NCBI GenBank assembly: GCA_034780895.1
Contig: JAUZTB010000062.1
Location: forward strand, 21,161,696 to 21,224,514
Length of the DNA: 62,819 nucleotides
Source: Rhynchobatus australiae
Taxonomy: Eukaryota
Reading direction: 5' to 3'
The notes under the pieces are model-generated. The model was given only the letters and a program-made list of their open reading frames with translations. It ran no database searches and was not told the DNA's origin. Of the stretch, positions 37,391-50,100 are shown in pieces. Position numbers and translations under genes: made by a program. The first letter of the stretch is position 1, and each line of letters opens with the position of its first letter.

Positions 37391-40300
37391 GGCTCAGCAG
37401 CGTGGCCTGTCCCCTGTCAGCATGCTGCAGGATTTGTTAACTGTTCACCGTGAAATAGCCCATAATACCTTACCCAAATCGTTTTTACAACACGATCACC
37501 CCAGACTCATTGGGGTCGCTACCTAGATCCCAATTAGGAGGAAGACAAATCATTAACACTAATAATAGCAACTTCTAACTAGGGGGCATTTAATAAGAAG
37601 AGTCTGATTTTCTTTTCATGATAAACACTTACAATCAATTGATCTTTTAAAAGTTTTTGAAGTCAAATTTTTGCATGGTAAAAGTTTAAACGGTTCAATG
37701 TATCTGCAGGTTTGAGGGTCACGGTCTTATATCCGAATTTGAGGACTAATCGTGATAGATTTTTGCACAGAATGATTAGACATTAGTTTGAAACATTACT
37801 TTTTCAATCCGATAACATTTCTGAGCGTGAAACCATTTCAGAGGCTCCACTAGTTTGTTTTGGAAAACCTGTCGGCAGCATCTATTGAAATAATTCACCT
37901 CTTTAAAATAATTCTCCTCTTTCTAGATATCTTAATCAGCAACGGTCAAACGGGTTGATATCACCCCTTATTTACGTTAAAAAGAAAATGCATACCAAAA
38001 AAACCTGACAGGAATACCTTTGCAAACAAGAAACAAATAGTTTGAGTGAAGCTATTGCGAACATTTTCAGCGAAGGATTTAAGATGCTTGACTTGTTCTA
38101 TCGAATTACATCGATGGAAACTTTAGGTAATTGTTTTTTAAAGAAATGGAAGCGCCCTCCTCCACTGCCCCCCCCCGCCATAGGAAACAAATAATTTCAC
38201 TTTAAATTAAATATTCTTTAGAAACAATTTTGCATATGCTTCAATTAGAGTCTCGTTTTAATCTATGAACGCATCCACTAGGCTTTTGAAATCTATCCGG
38301 TTGAAATTTATAACGTGTAAAAGTATATTAAAATCAAGTATCTTTTCCTGTAAAAATATGTTCCTTTTTTTTGTAATTTACTAGCTTACTAGATGTCCGA
38401 ACGAACTCAAAAGAACCTAAAAACAAACTGCTGGACATCTGCTAAAGAACGCTAGCTTGTTTGGTGACTGCAGGTCGAATATTTTCCCGGTTGTATGTTG
38501 TAGTATGAAAGGGCCATTAATTATTTCGAACTACTGTAGTATTAGTCCCCTGTTCCAAACACGTATTCAGTTTAAACAGCCCAGTAACTGAGAGATTGTC
38601 TTCAATATTGTGCTTATTTTGCAGCTTCAGACGATTGACAATGCTATCNNNNNNNNNNNNTTAACTTTTACAAATGAATTCTTCAGTAATAGTTTATTCC
38701 CAGTATTTATTTTACATAAGAAATCGAATTTATGCTTGTTAATTTGATACTCAATGAAATTTTAATCTGACCACTACAAAAAAGGGAAACTTATTTACTG
38801 TGTACTGTGATTCTTCCCAAAGAGAAATGAATTTCATGAAAAGTTTACCTGGATGGAAAAATCGCTGGGGATTATGGTAATTTGGTATGAATTAATTAAT
38901 TAGGTATAATTATGGATAGAATAGATCGGGAACTTTTAAATACCTATTCAGGAATTAGAAAAAAAAAGTCACTTTTTGCCATTGGAAATCTGCCCCATTG
39001 ATGTGGTAGCACAGGTCTTATTGATGTATTCTTGTGTCTATTATTTGTCCTTTCGGTCAAAGCGGGTAATTTTCACATCAGCCGTATCTGGTCTCAGATG
39101 CACACAGTGAATATAACACAAGGGACGAGCCAGATGACCCCTCTCCAGTTTGTTGATGGCAAGAACAATGTTCGTCTTGTCCAAACACACTGAATTGGCT
39201 GAGCACAGTATTCCAGCCTCGCACTCCGCTGCAACTAAAGACAATCAGCAAAACGTTTGTTCTGCCAGGGAAAGCGGGACAAGCTTTTGTGCAATGGTTC
39301 TTTTTTATTTTACTGGAACTGCACAAAGTTAATGGAAATGATAAGGCCACTGAAGAGTTTCAAAGATTTTCCAATCTGCTGCAGTACAAAACAGAGCACA
39401 ACAAAAGTGATTCTTTTCAGATTTAATTATAATAGGGGTTCTAAAAGGCGTTTCATTTATTGACTTGGGTATCGAAATGCAACCGTGTCTTATCATAAGA
39501 TTCGGCTCTTCTTTTATTGCACTTGGTTAAAATGACAGTTTACTGCAGAACTCATGGTCATCTTTGTGTACTGTTCTGCAACATACAATCCTTACTTTAG
39601 AAGTAAGCACGACTTTCCAACAAACTTATCATTAACCAAAGTTGTCATTTTGATGACTTTACTTTGAATCATTCCTTAACATTGATACAGAAAAGGACCT
39701 TACATCTGAGATCATTTACTATCGCTCAGGGCACATGACCTTTGTTTTGTGATTAGGCCGGCCTTCATTGAGTTGACTGCTTGCATATTCTTTACCTTTA
39801 GTTGTAAAACTAGAAATGGGAAAGGTCCTTTGCTGAATCATTCTGAATTCTACCCTGGTCGATAAAAATGAACAGTTACACCAATGGAACGCGTTGAAAC
39901 AATTCATCTGAGAGTTACCCTATCCACTTATTCTTGTTATAGCTTATTATTGTTATAGCGATTCAAAGTATGTTTATTCCCTATTTGTGAGAACAGAAGA
40001 ATCCTACAATTATACATCCATTTATTGTATTGATCGAATTTGCCCAACCCCTCTTTTCCATTAGTAACTATTATTGGCCGGTTGGATGAAATTAAACTCC
40101 CCACTTTCCAGGTTGCAGGCTACCGATTCTTTAGTAAGGCACTGAAGAAACACTTTTAAATACCCCGCCAATATTTCGTACTTTTGGGAAGGCAGTTTCT
40201 ACTTGTAGATGATTTGCCATTGTGTCGCTTTTATCAAGATGGCAACTGTATAATAAACAATGTTAATTTTTATTAGATAAAAGTGTTAGTCGGTGCCACA

Positions 40301-43269
40301 AACGTCATCTATTCACTTTTTACTGCATGTGTAGATTAATAAATTGCCTGCGATTGATTTGCTTAAAGATATTGTGATCAAATGTTCATACCTTCCATTC
40401 TCACGAATCCAGGCGTGAACACTTAAAGGTTACTTTGCTTAGGTTTTGTAAATATTACTATGGTCGTATAAGTACGGATGTTTCAAGAGATGCTATTGAT
40501 CAAGTCTGGAATTTGCGTTCGCGTTTCACGGGTCGGTGAACAGGCTATCTGTGAACAATTAAATAAACTACATTTAACGTTCGGCTTCATCCTCTTAGTG
40601 GATATGTTTCGTTTTAAAGCATACTGAATCCCGATTATGCGGATCAGGAAATGTCTCTTTAATTTCAAGCAAGTAAATCCTGAATTTCTGATGTACAACA
40701 ATTAGTATGGAACCAGAATCCCGTGCGGGGCGATGCATCAAGTTACAAAACAACCTCCCCCCCCAACCCCCGTTTGCCCCATTTTGTTTGTTAAAAGCAC
40801 GAACTTCCAATGGAACAGGTCTCGAAATCAGAACTGGCCACCAGCAGAGCGAGCTTCAGTCGGGTGAACAAATGGATTCTCCCTTCACCCCCACCCTCAC
40901 CCACCGGCCCACCAATGGAAGGGTTACTTCGAGTGCGGTGAGGTGAACATTGAATCGCGTCAGAATTAAATTTCGCTCTGCTGTAATGGTCCCTCTCTCC
41001 CTCAACGTGAGTCTGCAAAACAAGTAAGAGGCAAAATAAATCGAGGCATCTTTTTAAATGCAACCTTGGAGCGTCCGTTGAAAAGTTGCATTGGTATTGC
41101 CCAGTTTGCAGGGCCGATTGCACTTTCGAGCAATGAGAGTCTTTGGGAGCCCCGAGGGTTTTCAGCATTCCACCTCTGCATCATCCCCTTGGGACCAGAA
41201 GGCCGATGGTCTCTTCCCGCTTGACATGTAGTTAATATACAGATGCAAAGTTAGCCTTCCATTCTATTTCCCCTGCACACCAACCTCCACCACACTGCTA
41301 CGCACCCTTGTGTGAAATCCAGCCAGCACCCTTCCCCACCCCCACCCTTACACCCACCATCCCCACCACACACACAAAAAAAGAGTTCTGCTAAGTAATT
41401 GTAGGGTTATGGAAATCCGCGAAGGCCTGTTTAAATAAGCAGCGAGTAATCGGCGGCGATTTATTCCGCGGACTGACAGTTCCTTTGAACAGTAACGGAA
41501 TGGTATTTTCTGGCTTTCTGAAAGCTTTTCTTAAAGTTTTTTTTCAGATGAGACTGTAGGGATGAATGCAGGCATTATGCAGCCCAGTCGCTATTCTGAA
41601 ATGCCAAATTAATTACGAGGAGCTGCTTCTGTGCAAGAGTCCCTATGAGGAAGCTTCGGTGTGAAATTATGTGTTTTAAGAAAGATTTAAACAAACACCC
41701 TCCTCAAGAAGAACGGGAACTAAACTTTCAAATCTCTGGAGATACCAGTCGGTGCACACATTGTAACGCGAGCACTTCGCATTATTTAGCATTCTAAGGA
41801 CTGCACACGTGTTTGCATTCTCTCTTTGACTGCACAGCCTTCAACTATTAAATATGTCAAGCTTGGACCAAGCATTAATCTAAAGCCTTATGAGTGCCGA
41901 CCAAAACTATCCCCTCTCGAATATTTACACTTTTCGTTGTCTCGACTTTCCCCGGACAGAAGGTTCCTCTGCTTTCTCCGGGTGGGAAAGCAAACTGATA
42001 CTGACCTGAGTTTTACAGCGAACACCGGCGTTATACCCAGAACATATTCCTGCGGGTATCGTCTCTTCTGGGTAGCTTTCTTTTGGCGAGTTTGCCAAGA
42101 AATCTTTGTTGTGTGGTTTCAATCTTCTTTATAAACTCTGCCAAAATCAACACGCCAATGTTTTTACTAATAATTTCATTTTAATGGAAGGGAGGGGGGC
42201 GGATCCCGGGGACCAAGTTGAAATNNNNNNNNNNNNNNNNNNNNNNNNNNNNNNNNNNNNNNNNNNNNNNNNNNNNNNNNNNNNNNNNNNNNNNNNNNNN
42301 NNNNNNNNNNNNNNNNNNNNNNNNAAATCAACCGGAACGGAACGCCAATTGTCAGACTTCCTCAGAATTTTATCCTTACCAATTTATTTGCTTCGCGACA
42401 GATAATGAACAAACATAACGTTGTAAAACGTTTTATAAAATGCTATCATCTTACAATTACTTCCCATACGCATTCCCCTTAAAACAATTTTTTAAAATAA
42501 AAATACAACTATATCTTAAAAATTAGTCGCTAAATTCAGGTTAGTAACTAAAAATATGCGCAGGTTCGTCACTTTAATGCAATAATCTGGGAAATTGGTT
42601 CCGAGTTTTGAAGCAGAAACTACAGATTACTTCTTCAAGTCATGACCAATGTGAGCCCACGTGATGATAGCAGGAATCACGCTCTTTTCCTTTTGAATCC
42701 AAATACACCTGCAAAAAAGTTCCAACCACTTTCCAAATTAACCGAAGTTGGGTGCGAATGAGGGCCGAAATAACGACTGAGAGAAGATATTAGACGTGTA
42801 TCTGCACGTTTTTTGTGTGTATGCAATGCGTAAATATGGGTCATTCCTGGGTACCTGCAGCGAGTGTATGCACACGTAAAGTTTATGTGCTATGCGGCTG
42901 TGGTTGATATGGAGCATACGCATGTTTGTTCGTGTATTTCATTGCTTTCTGAGTCAATATTTTAGATTTAATGCTTAAAGTTCCGTCCCCTGAAGAAGTG
43001 TTTCTGTTGTCACACGAGGAGACTGTCTTATGCAAATGATTTATTTATAATATAGTGAATGTGACAGAGAACAATTATTGTTAAAACTAGATTGACAGAA
43101 TAACTGTTACAATCTAGTAACGTGGTTTATCGTTTCCTCTGAAGTTGGATTCATTACACTAAAAAGATAAGAGGGATGCTTTGACAGATAACTTACCTGC
43201 AGGGACAGATATCTGCTACTGGTTTACGGTCTCTGAAGAACAGTGACGCCACTCTAAATAGAGTGTATT

Positions 43270-43575
43270 ACACAGGGCGAGGTTGCTCACTGGATTTGCA
43301 ATACCGAGGCCTCAACTAATGNNNNNNNNATGTGTTCAGATCCCATTTTGGGGGTATTTACACTTAGTTAATTGAATGCATCTGGACTTTCAAATGCAGG
43401 TATGATTGACGGTGGCAATAAAATTATTGGATTATCGTAAAGCCAGTTTGGTTCTCAGTGGTCCTGCACACACCTTCGAGGTCGACTCTAATCTGCCTTC
43501 TGAAATGGCCCAGTAAATAGTTCAGGTCGGCCACGTTTGGGCTTAGACATGAAATGCTATTTCCATCTTGTGAAC
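43270..43575 (+). mobile_element. Old tRNA-derived shark-type SINE, a third family
   Basis: tcactgga..aataccgaggcc..actaatg, gttcagatccca B-box-like, and gactctaa.ctgccttctgaaatggcc. Related pieces lie at ~23545-23760 and ~8340-8440. Confidence 0.45.
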
Positions 43576-45391
43576 TTGGAAAATTAATTAAATAGCCAAA
43601 AAAGTATTTTAAAATGTTAATGTATCGTCAGTGTCAAGGCCTTACAAAGCCAGACAAGTACGCAGCCGAAACCTCGACGTAAAACCACCAGCCATGTCCA
43701 AACACTGAGGGACTCTTCCTGCGCGCAACTGAACCCCAGGGCAGGCGCTTGTCACTCAGCTCTTACAGAATTAAGTGGATGTTTTGAAAATAAAATCGGT
43801 GACTTCCCCACGTCAGAGGTTTATTGCTGTTTTCACACGGACTGCGCCTTTCATAAGACAGTGGGATGTCTGCAGCCATCCATAGTTTGTCCCACTTTCT
43901 ATGGAGGACACGGTTAGCAGACAAACATAACGCNNNNNNNNNNNNNNNNNNGACACGAATGATAAGAACAGTCGCTGGAAATCAGACCATAATCAGCTTA
44001 GATGGTTATCATTTTAAGTGTTTTATCAAACTATCAGATTAGACTTGTCTGAACAAAGGATAATGATGAATAAACAAAATACGTTAAAGAATCTAAATCG
44101 AAAATGCCCTGTTTCTGCACTTTCTCTTTCTTCTTCATGTCCGTCCTTCAAACTTTTACACACCAATCTTGAAAGAGAAAAGCTTCCTCATTTATTAAGA
44201 TCTGTACAAGATTTTCATCTAGTGATCTGCTTATTGCGGTAATGGTTGGAGGTGGTCTCCATCATACCACCCTACTCTTGAAGAGTTGAGTTTAAATTGG
44301 CAGCATCGCCTGTGCCCAATTTGCAGCATTGGTCGAGCGTCACTTTCATTGAAAACTTGGATCTCCCTTCATCGCAACTGACCAGACGAACACAAATTTC
44401 TCCGCAATCTCCTTGCCTTGCGATAGCCAGCCACCAGATCTACCATGGAAACCCATAAGGCAAATCATTTCTCTCAATAAGTACTTTCAGAAACCATTGA
44501 CATTATCATTTCCCTAAAAGTCTCTGAAGCAGAATTTTAGCAGAACGTTCATTCCTGTTAACCGGTGATCAGTTCGTGTGGTTTAATACAACTGGCAGAC
44601 TTCTATCCACGTGTAAACAATTTACCAAATTTCGCGTGCGCATTATGTGGAGGGTGTTGCATTCTCGTTTTGTGCAACAGTACAATCAGAATTGCCGGTG
44701 ACTTCTTCACCGTGCAACGATTGTTACATCTTAAGACCAGTAAGAGGTATGAGATGAGACCCTGAAGATCGGACTATCATTTGGATTCAAAGCACGAGCC
44801 TTAAGAGTAAAATTATTCGAGCAAATGTGCACTCTTCATCCAGAGGTCAGACACGGATGGATAGCGCCTGTGTCGCACAGCCAATTTATAACTGAAGAAT
44901 TGACGTTTATGGGTAATTAGTAATCCCTAATAAACTAACAAACCTATGGAAATAGTTTTCGGAATGAAGTATTTCATATGTAAAGTGTATCCAAGTACTT
45001 TAAGTTTAACACACTACTATAACGGCGTCATTATTTCTAAACCATAATCTCTGTAAATGCGAATAAATAATATAAGAGACCTCAATGAATGACACATTTT
45101 TCCGTGATAATAAAAACTGCAAAATTATTTAATTTCTAAAGCGCATACGAGAATTAAAAGGAAGGTAATTGGGGAATTTTCTCGTTTGCAGCTTTCCAAG
45201 AGACAAATGTCGGACTGGCATTATCTCCCGTGCCGTTGCTCATGATAAGTGGGAGGATATCCTGTTTAATAACAAACATTAATATTCTCAACAAAGTGAG
45301 AAGGTTAAATGTTATAAGAAACATATTGTAGGAAATAAATAAAAGGCAATACTGTTCATAGCGCGCCAACTCCCTGCTTTACAGAGCACAA

Positions 45392-45408
45392 TGGCGCCAC
45401 CCAGTGTT
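45392..45408 (-). promoter_or_regulatory. CTCF-like motif
   Basis: The minus strand reads aACACTGGGTGGCGCCA, versus the consensus CCACYAGRKGGCGCYA. Confidence 0.4.
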
Positions 45409-45621
45409 GTCTTTGTTAGTTTCATTTCGCTCGTCCAGCATCTTAAAGAGATGCGAACCTCTCAGTTAAACAGACAATTGATATTATTTGAAGGATGGTA
45501 TATTTTTTGTCAGGAGTTTTTTTATTAACTAATTTGACTCATACCTGAAACATATAAATGTACCTCATAAAAAGAATAACATTTAAATAGCGGAACTGGA
45601 TTAGTGTTTATTTGACGATTA

Positions 45622-45782
45622 CAGGGTTTAAAAGACATTTAGACAGATACGTGGACGGATAGGAAAGGTATAAGAGATATGGGCCAAATGCAAGCAAATG
45701 GGACTAGCCCGGGTAGGCAACTTGGTCAGCATGGACGAACAAGGCCGAAGGGCCTGGTTCTGTGCTGTATAACTCCATCACT
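45622..45782 (+). mobile_element. CR1 LINE 3' end fragment
   Basis: tttaaaagacatttagacagatac...gatatgggccaaatgc...ggccgaagggcctg.ttctgtgctgtataactc is a typical CR1 3' end, homologous to 55495-55665. Confidence 0.8.
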
Positions 45783-47042
45783 TTGGAAAAGAACCCGTTT
45801 GTTTCAAGGTCTCTTGACATGAGGACGAAATAAGGTTGGGTAAATTTAATTTTCCTTTACGAATTGAGACCTTACGGACGGAAGGATTGTAGACTATTGT
45901 CAGCATATCGCATTCACAATGCAAACATGACAGGGTAAACTTGAACATTNNNNNNNNNNNNNNNNNNNNNNNNNNNNNNNNNNNNNNNNNNNNNNNNNNN
46001 NNNNNNNNNNNNNNNNNNNNNNNNNNNNNNNNNNNNNNNNNNNNNNNNNNNNNNNNNNNNNNNNNNNNNNNNNNNNNNNNNNNNNNNNNNNNNNNNNNNN
46101 NNNNNNNNNNNNNNNNNNNNNNNNNNNNNNNNNNNNNNNNNNNNNNNNNNNNNNNNNNNNNNNNNNNNNNNNNNNNNNNNNNNNNNNNNNNNNNNNNNNN
46201 NNNNNNNNNNNNNNNNNNNNNNNNNNNNNNNNNNNNNNNNNNNNNNNNNNNNNNNNNNNNNNNNNNNNNNNNNNNNNNNNNNNNNNNNNNNNNNNNNNNN
46301 NNNNNNNNNNNNNNNNNNNNNNNNNNNNNNNNNNNNNNNNNNNNNNNNNNNNNNNNNNNNNNNNNNNNNNNNNNNNNNNNNNNNNNNNNNNNNNNNNNNN
46401 NNNNNNNNNNNNNNNNNNNNNNNNNNNNNNNNNNNNNNNNNNNNNNNNNNNNNNNNNNNNNNNNNNNNNNNNNNNNNNNNNNNNNNNNNNNNNNNNNNNN
46501 NNNNNNNNNNNNNNNNNNNNNNNNNNNNNNNNNNNNNNNNNNNNNNNNNNNNNNNNNNNNNNNNNNNNNNNNNNNNNNNTTAACTTTTCCTATATGAGAG
46601 ACAACAATATACTTTAATAATGCGTGGCATTTTAAAATTGAAGACAGATTATTTAATATTAATCATGAAGAAGAGAAAAGTGAAATGAAATCAGTGGAGC
46701 CTGACTGCAATAATTTATGTAGCTTTAATACTGTATTATGGGAAGTGTCTTAAATCCTGGAAAATTGAATTGCAATGAATGTATTGAAATAAATAGTGAA
46801 CATTTAAACAAATGAGAAGCCTGTTTCTATGGATGTGTGGTATGTTGTACCGCAGACCAGAGCTATGTTACAGTATAACCATATACCGCTGGCTCAAGTC
46901 TATTCTGGTGTTCAAATCAAGGGCTGTGAAGCAATAAATTTCCTTAGACTCGGTTTATTTTTGCGGCGACCTTTTACGCAAATGCTAACCGAAATCTTAA
47001 GACCATCGCAAGATTATTTATGTAATTTTAATAATTGGTGGA

Positions 47043-47045
<3 letters not shown>

Positions 47046-47120
<75 letters not shown>
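47046..47120 (+). repeat. (GT)n microsatellite with one interruption
   Basis: Read directly from the sequence. Confidence 0.98.
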
Positions 47121-47121
<1 letters not shown>

Positions 47122-50100
47122 CGGCATATAAACATTATTACAGCTCTAGTAAAGTCATAAATTATTTCTAGATAAAATCATAGCCACAGAGTTGAAACGG
47201 CACTGAAGTTGGCAACTCACATTGTCCCTCACGGTCCAACATGTAAGATTTCTCATCACAATTGGTACATCTCCGGTTTCCCTAAAACATTGCAATAAAA
47301 TTTTGGAAATGTCATGTTGTTAGATGTTGACATCCACTATAAACAACCACTAGTAATTGGACGGGGAAGATCAAACGTTCATATTTTGATTCTTTTGGCA
47401 TTCACTTTAAACATGGTGCACACAGCAGAGTGTTGACTAAATGCTTCTGACAAGCCCTTCATTTTTACCAGGCTTCGGTGATTAAACTGTCCCCTGACTA
47501 GGCTGAGACATCAGTTGGTGTTAATTAGTGAGAGCAAGAAACTGTTCAACCCATCGGGCTGTTCCCATCCAGAGCTGGAGTTTTAAGTTAGTGGCAGGTC
47601 ATGGCCAGGAATTGGATGAGTGTCAGTTGTTCGACTGAAAGCTGCCTTTCTCTATAAAGATTCTCATTAGTCTGGGGTATGGGGGAGAGAGGATTGCAAA
47701 TCCATTCAATCTGCGGTTTGGCATCGACACAAAGGCAGGGCGGGAGCCTTTCCCCTTTTTTGTTTCCCTTTTTGACTTTAACACTTATGATGAAAAGAGC
47801 CGTGTCTCTAATCTGGGATCAAGCCTTAGGTTTTATATTATTGTGCAAATGGCATATCAATAAACCATCGCCATTATAATAACCTGTTTAGATATCTCAC
47901 ACATTGGTTGCACACAAAATGCTTTGCAATTTCCTTCTTAACTCGAAGGCAAAATAAAATTAGTGCTTCTACCAATCACTGGTACTTGTTGGCGCGTTGA
48001 GTGTTGTCCCAGTGTTTGGCTCGTGTCCATTGCCCTGTTGCGGGGGCGGGGGGTGGGGGGGTGCAAGCATGCACTTTATCCAGGTGCCAGTGTCCATCCA
48101 CCTCTATCTAATTCTGAGACCTTGAAAGCAAATTTTGAAAACGNNNNNNNNNNNNNNNNNNNNNNNNNNNNNNNNNNNNNNNNNNNNNNNNNNNNNNNNN
48201 NNNNNNNNNNNNNNNNNNNNNNNNNNNNNNNNNNNNNNNNNNNCAAGCATTAAAAAATCTTTAGGAGGTCACTAGAAAAAGCAAAAAAGAAAAAAAATTG
48301 TATCCTGTTTCATTTAATTTTCACGTGCATTTATATAAAAGACGCATCTGTGCGATGACTGAGCCAACCTCTCGAGGTGGCGAATTGGATTAAAATAATC
48401 GAAAGGTTTCTCTGCTTCTGTGGTGCGGCATGTGAAACATGCTCCAGTCGGTACGAGAATCCCAGGAAATGATCATGAATCGATAACGAGCAGACGGGTC
48501 ATGGGGAGGAAAAGGTCAGAAGAGGGTTCACGCGGAGTTCTAAAACACCTTGAATTCCAAATACACAAATAGAATTTAAAATTGTTTCAGTTAAATTTTG
48601 CCCCAACCAGTACTTCTTTCCTAGATCACGAATAAATGTTGAACTCTGTAATTAGGAGTTTTATTTCATTGTCAATCAGGCTAATCTGAGTCTTCAGAAA
48701 CACTTTATTGCACATTGAGCACATTTCAGTCGGGCAATGATCCTTGATTCTTAAACCTTGGCGGAGATCGAAAGGAAATGTCTCCCTGGGCCATCATTTG
48801 CTTACATTTTAATTCCGCTATAATATATCTTCCACAAAATTAATTTTACTGTCATTTTCGTAAAACTTAGTAAAAACATCTGAAAACAGCCTCTCAACAT
48901 TCTACACTGGAGAAACATCTTTGCACTGTCCACCGGCAACAAATTCTAGTATTCCAGGGTGCAGGCACCGGGGCAGCTGAACTAATTGAGAGGCGCAATG
49001 AAGGAATTTTACTGTTGCTTTCGTGTTTCATGTTGTCTGCATGTCGATGACAAGAAGGTAATCTGGCAAAGTTAACCGAGGCCAGTGACTCGGAAAAGAA
49101 ACGTCAGCGTTAGCAAATCCTGCTAGGCTTGTTATTAATGCTGTTGTTGAGGATTTTTGAGACTTAAAAGCCACGAGCTGTAATTCTGTCACTCGTGTGT
49201 CTGAGTTCAATAGTAAACTGGCCAATGCTTACTGATTGTACGTCGTCGTTTCCTACATCAGGTTTCGCTACTTGCTTACTCAAAGGAAATAATGTTGCTA
49301 CGTTCCAAAGCGCTCCGTACTTTCAAAGTGTATTCACGGTTATATTGCAGAAAAAATTCTTATCGTACGTTCCAGACACTTGGACATTGTGAGGAATCTC
49401 TACAGTGAAGTTGGTGAGATGCCTGGCTTTGTGATAGCTCTCCCTCGGTGGATCCCATTGTTTTGGGAACTATTTTGATATAATTAAAAGATAATGCCAG
49501 GTTGAGTAGACGACCGACAGTGGCCTCGACTGTGGTGATGGAGAGAGGGCTGTGCCAGTGGTGGGGGCTGCCTGCACCGGATTTGGAAACTCCCCGGAGA
49601 GGTGTCAGAGCAGCCTGGNNNNNNNNNNNNNNNNNNNNNNNNNNNNNNNNNNNNNNNNNNNNNNNNNNNNNNNNNNNNNNNNNNNNNNNNNNNNNNNNNN
49701 NNNNNNNNNNNNNNNNNNGTCAGAGCAGCCTGGAGGTGGTGATGGAGCTGCAGAGTCCTGGTGTCAGACGCCTCTTGCAGGAGGGTTTTAGGGAAGTTCC
49801 TCCCCGCAGTTTACCCCTTTGGCTTCTGTACCTGAAGTGGCTGCCAGCCACTGCCCAGTAAACAGGGCGAGGGATTAAAAAAAACATTTCCATGTCTGAT
49901 AAAGGATTGGTTGTAGGAATTCTATCCGGTACAATATTGGGTTAGGAACAACCCATGATGAGACAGTGGAAAAGATTCATTTGTCCATCTGGCCTTCCCT
50001 ACATAACTGTACATTTCAATCTAAACACCCATCTCCCTCCCCACTAAAACTCTAACCCCCAGGAGAGATGGAAGAACTCGTTTCTGGACCAATTTAGAGG

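Larger units (their letters stand above)
30160..49930. promoter_or_regulatory. Broad CpG-retaining (putatively non-methylated) domain around the NTN1 5' end
   Basis: CG dinucleotides are visibly frequent throughout ~30.2-49.9 kb and scarce in both flanks, despite only moderate GC content. Boundaries are approximate. Confidence 0.75.

Noticed and set aside
45941-46597. Long ORFs in the track spanning N runs (also 16266, 23228, 28485, 35567, 56168)
   Set aside because: Their length comes from X residues; they are not real ORFs.
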